Assembly: GCA_965218095.1 (NCBI GenBank)
Contig: OZ244587.1
Location: forward strand, 2,592,001 to 2,656,000
Length of the DNA stretch: 64,000 bases
From: Candidatus Poribacteria bacterium
GTDB lineage: Bacteria; Poribacteria; WGA-4E; PCPOR2b
Direction of reading: 5' to 3'
The translations under genes and the position numbers were made by a program. Shown here piece after piece: positions 63,901-64,000 of this stretch. Under the pieces are notes generated by a model. The model was given only the letters and a program-made list of their open reading frames with translations, was not told where the DNA came from and made no database searches. Numbering within the stretch: position 1 is the first letter of the stretch; each line of letters starts with the position of its first letter.

Positions 63901-64000
63901 TTAGTGGTTCTTTCAGGAGAGATATTTTTTTGGTATTGGTTAGTCCGAGGAGATGGATTCCATTTAACAACTGGAGATGTTTCAAACTTTCTTAAAGTCC
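60970..64000 (+). CDS. Eco57I-like (gamma-class m6A) methyltransferase with TRD, 3' partial
   Basis: Not in the ORF list because it runs off the window; VPYLNGG, GAYYT, ILDPTCGSGAF, LYGVDI, IIGNPPY; AT-rich after about 63240. Confidence 0.9.
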   Translation, partial: MQINRDRTRQLLRDFEFKSLLVEELGWDRHRGEVKTEIREKGVDETEYSLTAIAQKHGMAVFHCSARIDGRIPDYATRRKIQREVAKSVYEHLIIYTDAEKTTQIWQWVKREQGKPLACREQSYRREQSGEALIQKLNTIVFSLAEEEEGLTLLDVTSRVRAAFDVERVTKRFYDRFKTEHARFLNFLEGIPDQEMQRWYASVMLNRLMFIYFIQKKGFLNNNPDYLRTKLAKSKTNGRDQYYTAFLCPLFFEGFAKPESERSREAKRLLGKVPYLNGGIFQRHQLEELHVEDSRNGGERIQIPDAAFEGLFNFFEAYQWHLDERPLRNDNEINPDVLGYIFEKYINQKQMGAYYTKEDITEYISKNTVIPFLFDAARKKCKIAFEGKASLWQLLGTDPDRYIYDAVKTGIESDLPPEIAAGIDDVSKRGLWNTSAPDKYALPTEIWREVVARRSQYESIHAKLSNGEIDDINALITYNLDIRQFAHDVIENCEGPELLRAFWKAINQVTILDPTCGSGAFLFAALNILEPLYEACLDRMEVFLEELEHTREKPRTERFRDFRKVLEDIEQHPNRRYFILKSIIVNNLYGVDIMEEAIEICKLRLFLKMVAQIEDVDQIEPLPDIDFNIQAGNTLVGYATYNEVEKAVTEKLDFDNTMTRIKEGAEDVKQLFDRFREQQTELGGAVTPDDKQALRDKLKVLEDELNRYLAGEYGVDPNKGSAYQNWLSSHKPFHWFIEFYGILKDGGFNVIIGNPPYVSIRKIDYTSSLEERLKLPDLYGYVLIRTLDLSSDNGRNGMIIPLSITFSRDFSLLRESLYIEGISWFSSFDNIPASIFAGVSQRCTIWIGCKCKSIERACFSSPMYRWRSITRSCLIDRINYVKIAWENNKVLGIPKIHDTVLSKVLDVIDVRTHKPSQRVFALPKETSLSLYFSPSARNFISVFKSEPPCLDAHTLEIVSSSSVQKVNLHRKTNINSALVVLSGEIFFWYWLVRGDGFHLTTGDVSNFLKV

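Overview
Bacterial window of roughly 50% GC. The gene content (PhyH dioxygenase, NHL and BNR propellers, ECF sigma-propeller fusion, Uma2, double YibE/F) suggests Candidatus Poribacteria or a similar lineage; this is inference. It holds about 30 apparently intact metabolic, envelope and repair genes (hldA/gmhB, a nucleotide-sugar dehydrogenase, pncB, msrP, uvrC, a TonB-dependent receptor) and many pseudogenes broken by single nonsense codons or short deletions. The ORF track hides several things: (1) an ORF-less group IIB intron (6356-7120) whose EBS1/EBS2 match its target, nested in a degenerate IS701-family element with intact TIRs and a 5-bp TSD; (2) a 159-bp MITE with the same TIRs as an IS5-family element at 19103-19917; (3) a UGSC-type selenoprotein gene with in-frame UGA and a SECIS-like hairpin; (4) an AT-rich pair of an uncharacterised SAM-methyltransferase-fold gene and an AlkB dioxygenase with a QLDLF clamp-binding motif, a candidate writer/eraser module; (5) a right-hand defence region with an ApaLI/XbaI-family R-M system whose nuclease is inactivated, a decayed mazEF, and a PLD-SNF2 helicase plus Eco57I-like methyltransferase that runs off the window. 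No rRNA, tRNA or CRISPR array was recognised. All family assignments come from motif recognition by eye, not from database searches.
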